Shown piece by piece: positions 27,779-31,525 of a stretch of DNA of 31,525 nucleotides. The notes beneath the pieces are model-generated. The model worked only from the letters and a program-made list of their open reading frames with translations, searched no databases and had not been told where the DNA came from. Both the position numbers and the translations under genes were made by a program. Positions within the stretch are counted from its first letter, which is position 1; each line of letters begins with the position of its first letter. This DNA comes from a virus (lineage: Duplodnaviria > Caudoviricetes), in IMG/VR virus record IMGVR_UViG_3300020045_003113, positions 1 through 31,525 of that record; one strand, 5' to 3'.

Positions 27779-27802
27779 ACCATAAATTATTGGTTAAAAC
27801 AA
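27774..27802 (-). promoter_or_regulatory. Leftward sigma70-type (extended -10) promoter for the long structural operon
   Basis: TTGTTT-17 nt (ending TGG)-TACTAT; TTATGGTA is shared with the 16817 promoter. Confidence 0.6.
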
Positions 27803-27867
27803 ACTTGTTATTTAGCTAGTGTAACTAGCTAATGTGTCTTATAGTTATTTTTGTAAAGGATGTCTGA

Positions 27868-28161
27868 ATGGACGAGTTTATAGAACGTAGAAAATTCCCA
27901 GCAGAAGAAGCTTTCACGAAGTTATTGGAAGAGCATATTGCTGACTCAGAAGTCTACAAGACTCACACAACTGCTACACTTGAAGCTCTTAGAAAAGAGA
28001 TAAAGGAGCTAACAGCTTCTACGGCTGAGGTACTAGCCGCCTATGAGACCGCCCAACAAGCTCTCAAGTTCTCAATCGGCTTTGGTAAACTTCTTAAATA
28101 TATTGGTGGTTTAGTTCTGTTATACTATTCTATTATAACAGTCCTTCCTCCACATAAATAA
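27868..28161 (+). CDS. Coiled-coil protein with a C-terminal TM helix (holin/antiholin-like?)
   Basis: AAGGA RBS; amphipathic N-terminus; hydrophobic YIGGLVLLYYSIITVL. Confidence 0.55.
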   Translation: MDEFIERRKFPAEEAFTKLLEEHIADSEVYKTHTTATLEALRKEIKELTASTAEVLAAYETAQQALKFSIGFGKLLKYIGGLVLLYYSIITVLPPHK

Positions 28162-28171
28162 TCATAAGCCT

Positions 28172-28789
28172 ATGTCTAATCCATATATACAGTCAGTTAA
28201 TGACCAAGCAGTCCTTAGTAGAGTACAAGAACTTTGTGGTATTAACCCTAAGATTTGGAAAGACCTTACAGACTTAGGTACGTTCAGGGATTGTATGTCC
28301 TACAAGGACTATGCAACTACCTTAGTTAATTACTACAGACAGAATAAAGAAGCTAAGGACTTGGCAGCTAAAGCGAAACTTGTTGAAGCAGAAGCTAAAC
28401 CAAGATTTAAGAACTCTGAGTTAAGAGACCAACTAGACCAAGTTACTATAGCTGAGAAGATTCAGAAGATTAGACTTGATAAAGCACGGGAGCAGGAACT
28501 TTGGACAAAGAACCTAGTTGCAAGGAATGAACTTATCCAAAAGAGTGAACTGGAGCAGTTAATGTTCCCATTATTCACAACTATGGTTAATATCTTAAGG
28601 CACTCAGCAGACCAAGCCCCTGAACTCCAACCTGCTGTAGATAAATGTATTAGTGAGTTATTTTCTCTAGGTGAACGCTTAGAAGAACAGGCTATTGGAG
28701 ATAGTCAAAAGTATGTAGAGGTGATGTTAGATACTTCACTAGACTACGAAGAAATTATTGCAAATTTTGAGGGTTACGAAAATGACTAA
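28172..28789 (+). CDS. Putative terminase small subunit (Nu1-like)
   Basis: HTH-like N-terminus; KIRLDKAREQELWTKNLVARNELI resembles the Nu1-family RL..A.A...ELKN.....EL helix. No TerS lies next to terL. Confidence 0.6.
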   Translation: MSNPYIQSVNDQAVLSRVQELCGINPKIWKDLTDLGTFRDCMSYKDYATTLVNYYRQNKEAKDLAAKAKLVEAEAKPRFKNSELRDQLDQVTIAEKIQKIRLDKAREQELWTKNLVARNELIQKSELEQLMFPLFTTMVNILRHSADQAPELQPAVDKCISELFSLGERLEEQAIGDSQKYVEVMLDTSLDYEEIIANFEGYEND

Positions 28790-29576
28790 TGCAGTTATAG
28801 TGAAGAAAGGTAGTAAATTACTTGATGGAACAGAGATTATTGACATTCCTGTTAGATATATTGACAACGGAGATGGTACTTATAGTGAAGCAAGTAGTGG
28901 TGGTGGTGGTGGCGGAGCTGGTGATGCTAGTGCAGCTAACCAAGTTATTACAAATAGTAAACTTGATGTACTTATAACAAGTTCTGCTAATACTCAAGCA
29001 GAGTTAGCTATCTCAGACATCTACTATACTGCGCTTATTAGCTTTACAGGTGCAACTGCTGGTGATAGTATATTAGTTCGTAAGACGGTGGATATTACAC
29101 AAGTACCATCAGTGGAAACCTACTCTGCTTGGCAGAACCTAACAACAGGACTTAATCTAGTAGGCACACCTACTATTGGTGTTCAGGTTGGTTATGTAAG
29201 TACAACACCTATTGCAGGTTCTGGGTTAGCTACAGTTGCTAAACAAGATGCTATCTTAGCAAAGTTACAAGAGCTTATCGGTAGACAGATTATATTAATT
29301 GGGGTTATCAGGACACTAGCTATTGGCGTAACTGCCGTAACCTCCACGCCTGTTGTTTCGACCACAAAGTCTATTATTTTAACCTCTAACATCCCTTGTT
29401 GGGTTACTATTGGATACGATGGTTTATCACCACCTGTAGCTGGTTCTGTTGGTATGTACTTACCAGCTAATATACCATCATACCCAATCTTTGCTACACC
29501 CAATAACACAATCGTTAGTGTTATCTCTGCAACAACTGGTACAGGTGTTCTTAACATTATAGAGTGTAGCCAATAA
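28782..29576 (+). CDS. Putative virion fibre/adaptor protein (264 aa)
   Basis: Gly hinge with GDASAANQ and GLAT.AKQD segments typical of phage fibre proteins; Thr/Val-rich; ATG 28782 follows GAGGG. Confidence 0.5.
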   Translation: MTNAVIVKKGSKLLDGTEIIDIPVRYIDNGDGTYSEASSGGGGGGAGDASAANQVITNSKLDVLITSSANTQAELAISDIYYTALISFTGATAGDSILVRKTVDITQVPSVETYSAWQNLTTGLNLVGTPTIGVQVGYVSTTPIAGSGLATVAKQDAILAKLQELIGRQIILIGVIRTLAIGVTAVTSTPVVSTTKSIILTSNIPCWVTIGYDGLSPPVAGSVGMYLPANIPSYPIFATPNNTIVSVISATTGTGVLNIIECSQ

Positions 29577-31408
29577 TGAACCCAACATTCAAACCTAAAA
29601 GAACGGGTGAGGGTTACAATGAAGGCACGCCTGTCTCCTTACCGCCAAAACTTGAACCTACTTATGGAAACAAACATACTTCTTTAGCAACTACAGGCTA
29701 CATTTGGATAACTAACACTGGAACTAATGCTATTGAACGGACAGATACAACTTCTTTAGTTACGGTAAGTTTTCCTACAGGTGGTGTTACCCCATCTGGG
29801 ATAGCTTTTGATGGTACATATCTTTATATATCTTGTTTTGGCTCTAGTAATATAGTAAAAATGACTACAGCGGGAGCTGTAGTAGTTACTTCGGGTGCTA
29901 TTGGGGCTGGTACTCACCAAATTATCTTTGATGGAGACTTTCTCTGGGCTACAGCCTACTGGAGTGGTGAAGTTTACCAAGTTAATAAGAACACATTAGC
30001 CATAACAGATAGTTATACACTTGGACATTTCCCACTTAACTTAACATTTGATGGAACTCATGTCTGGGTAGCTGGCTTTGATTTTACTACCTATGCTAAT
30101 GGAACTGGTGTAGTAGCAAAGTTTAATTTGGATGTTAGTCTTAATGCGACTTATACTATTGGGGCTAATCCTTATGGTATAGTGTATGGTGGTGGGTTTA
30201 TCTGGGTAGGAGCTTTCCTTACTGGTAACATCTACAAAGTTAATCCTGCGGACGGTACTATCCTAGCTACATACAATACAGGAGTAGCTGACACTACTAT
30301 AACAGGTTTCTCCTACTTTAATTATGCTGGTGGAATACTTATTGTTACAGTTTCTAAAGATTACTCACCTTATAATCTACCTGATAACTATAATAAGTCC
30401 CATGTCTTTAGCATAGCAGATGGAAGTTTACAGCAATTAGAGAACTTAGGTATTGACCCTAGGAATGGTTCTGTTGATGGGTTTAACTTTGTGTATACTG
30501 CTGGTTATGGGGATGGGAGTGTAACAAGATATGCGTTGTTTGCAACAGCACCTGTTGAGCATCCTATCTACGCACCATTACCATATTTCTCACTTACAAC
30601 TGATACCAATGCTTACTTTGGTAGATATGATGAATTGGGTGGTATTACTGGCGTAAACTTAACTACTTTTACCACATTTAGTATAGGAAGTTCTCTTGAT
30701 TACCCAACAACTATGACAAAAGATGCTGCTGGATTCTGGGTCTGTGTACAGGGTTGGGTTAATGGCGGTGGTACTGTAGGTATGTACCTAGTAACTGATG
30801 AGGGTGCTGGTACTATAGCTAGACAAAGTATCTCAGGTTTAGCAGATAGGACACTTGCACATACATCAGATGGTACTTCTATCTGGGTAGCTACTATGAC
30901 ACCTGCGGTATATAAGGTTAATCCAAGCACCTTAAGTATTATAGCTTCGGTAGCAATTGATGGTAATCCCTATTCAATAATCTCTGCAAGTAATGGGTTT
31001 ATCTATGTAGTTACTGCAACATCTGTGTTTAAGTTAGCCTCTAACTGCACAGTTGAGGCACAATCAGCTGTACCTAACGGGACTAGGATTGCTTTCGATG
31101 GAACTTATATATGGATAAGTTGTAATACTACTAACTTACTTAAGAAATTATCGGCTAGTGACTGTTCTTTAATTAGTAGTTATAGTTATACTGCGGCAGT
31201 TCATGACGTGTTCTACCTTTCTGAGAGTTCTAAACTGTTTGTACTTATCGCAGATGGAAGGTTATTGGAGATTAATCCTGCTGATGGTAGTACCGTAAAT
31301 ACAACTACTGTTAGTAGTGGACAACTTGGTTTTATGTCTGCTTATGGAAACGCCGTTACTATTCCTGAAACTGCGGCGAATAATGTTTTGATTATTATCA
31401 ATCCTTAA
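29576..31408 (+). CDS. Tandem beta-propeller protein (YncE/YVTN/Vgb-like repeats, 610 aa)
   Basis: Repeated ~40-aa blades: GIAFDGTYLYIS, IIFDGDFLWAT, LTFDGTHVWVA, SDGTSIWVA, IAFDGTYIWIS, and KVNP.DG turns. Confidence 0.8.
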   Translation: MNPTFKPKRTGEGYNEGTPVSLPPKLEPTYGNKHTSLATTGYIWITNTGTNAIERTDTTSLVTVSFPTGGVTPSGIAFDGTYLYISCFGSSNIVKMTTAGAVVVTSGAIGAGTHQIIFDGDFLWATAYWSGEVYQVNKNTLAITDSYTLGHFPLNLTFDGTHVWVAGFDFTTYANGTGVVAKFNLDVSLNATYTIGANPYGIVYGGGFIWVGAFLTGNIYKVNPADGTILATYNTGVADTTITGFSYFNYAGGILIVTVSKDYSPYNLPDNYNKSHVFSIADGSLQQLENLGIDPRNGSVDGFNFVYTAGYGDGSVTRYALFATAPVEHPIYAPLPYFSLTTDTNAYFGRYDELGGITGVNLTTFTTFSIGSSLDYPTTMTKDAAGFWVCVQGWVNGGGTVGMYLVTDEGAGTIARQSISGLADRTLAHTSDGTSIWVATMTPAVYKVNPSTLSIIASVAIDGNPYSIISASNGFIYVVTATSVFKLASNCTVEAQSAVPNGTRIAFDGTYIWISCNTTNLLKKLSASDCSLISSYSYTAAVHDVFYLSESSKLFVLIADGRLLEINPADGSTVNTTTVSSGQLGFMSAYGNAVTIPETAANNVLIIINP

Positions 31409-31525
31409 CAACCATCGACGAGTTCGCCTACTTCCTATCCACAGCCCTAACTGCCCCAGCCCCCACCTACACAATAGAAACAAGTCCTTATTAGAACTGC
31501 GTTGGCACATGGAAGTGTCTATCTC
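31405..31525. repeat. Right copy of the 121-bp inverted repeat, containing an orphan 3' fragment of the 32..1324 gene
   Basis: Exact reverse complement of 1..121. Confidence 0.97.

Noticed and set aside
28898-28922. (GGT)n microsatellite as a phase-variation tract
   Set aside because: An in-frame triplet run encoding an ordinary glycine hinge.
31262-31510. 82-aa ORF starting inside the repeat
   Set aside because: Antisense to real genes, poor SD spacing and atypical composition; probably spurious.
31405-31525. Mu/P1-type tail-fibre shufflon or transposon terminal repeats
   Set aside because: Inversion would not change either protein, and no invertase or transposase is visible.
1-31525. Stop-codon reassignment, CRISPR array or tRNA genes
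   Set aside because: Standard-code ORFs tile the window densely with TAA, TAG and TGA all used as stops; no spaced direct repeats or cloverleaf seen in the short intergenic gaps.

Overview
A 31.5-kb, AT-rich fragment of a long-tailed (siphovirus-like) phage, carrying a nearly complete lambda-type virion and lysis module and no recognisable replication, recombination, integration or repressor genes. A long leftward operon (27742->32) runs L-K-I-J-fibre-TerL-holin-PAPS-reductase-like-W-portal-protease/scaffold-D-major capsid-endolysin-lipoprotein-Z-FII-U-tail tube-chaperones-tape measure-two gpM-like genes. A short rightward operon (27868->31408) encodes a membrane protein, a putative TerS, a fibre-like protein and a double beta-propeller. 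The lipoprotein and strong GGAG Shine-Dalgarno use suggest a Gram-negative host that uses SD sites. Main oddities: (1) both window ends are a perfect 121-bp inverted repeat that encodes the end of one gene and supplies the stop codon of the other; (2) the tail chaperones G and GT appear to be two separate paralogous genes rather than products of a programmed frameshift; (3) the same ~100-aa domain appears inserted in both the capsid decoration protein and the tail tube protein; (4) GATC is almost absent. All product calls come from motif recognition and synteny by eye; no database search was run.
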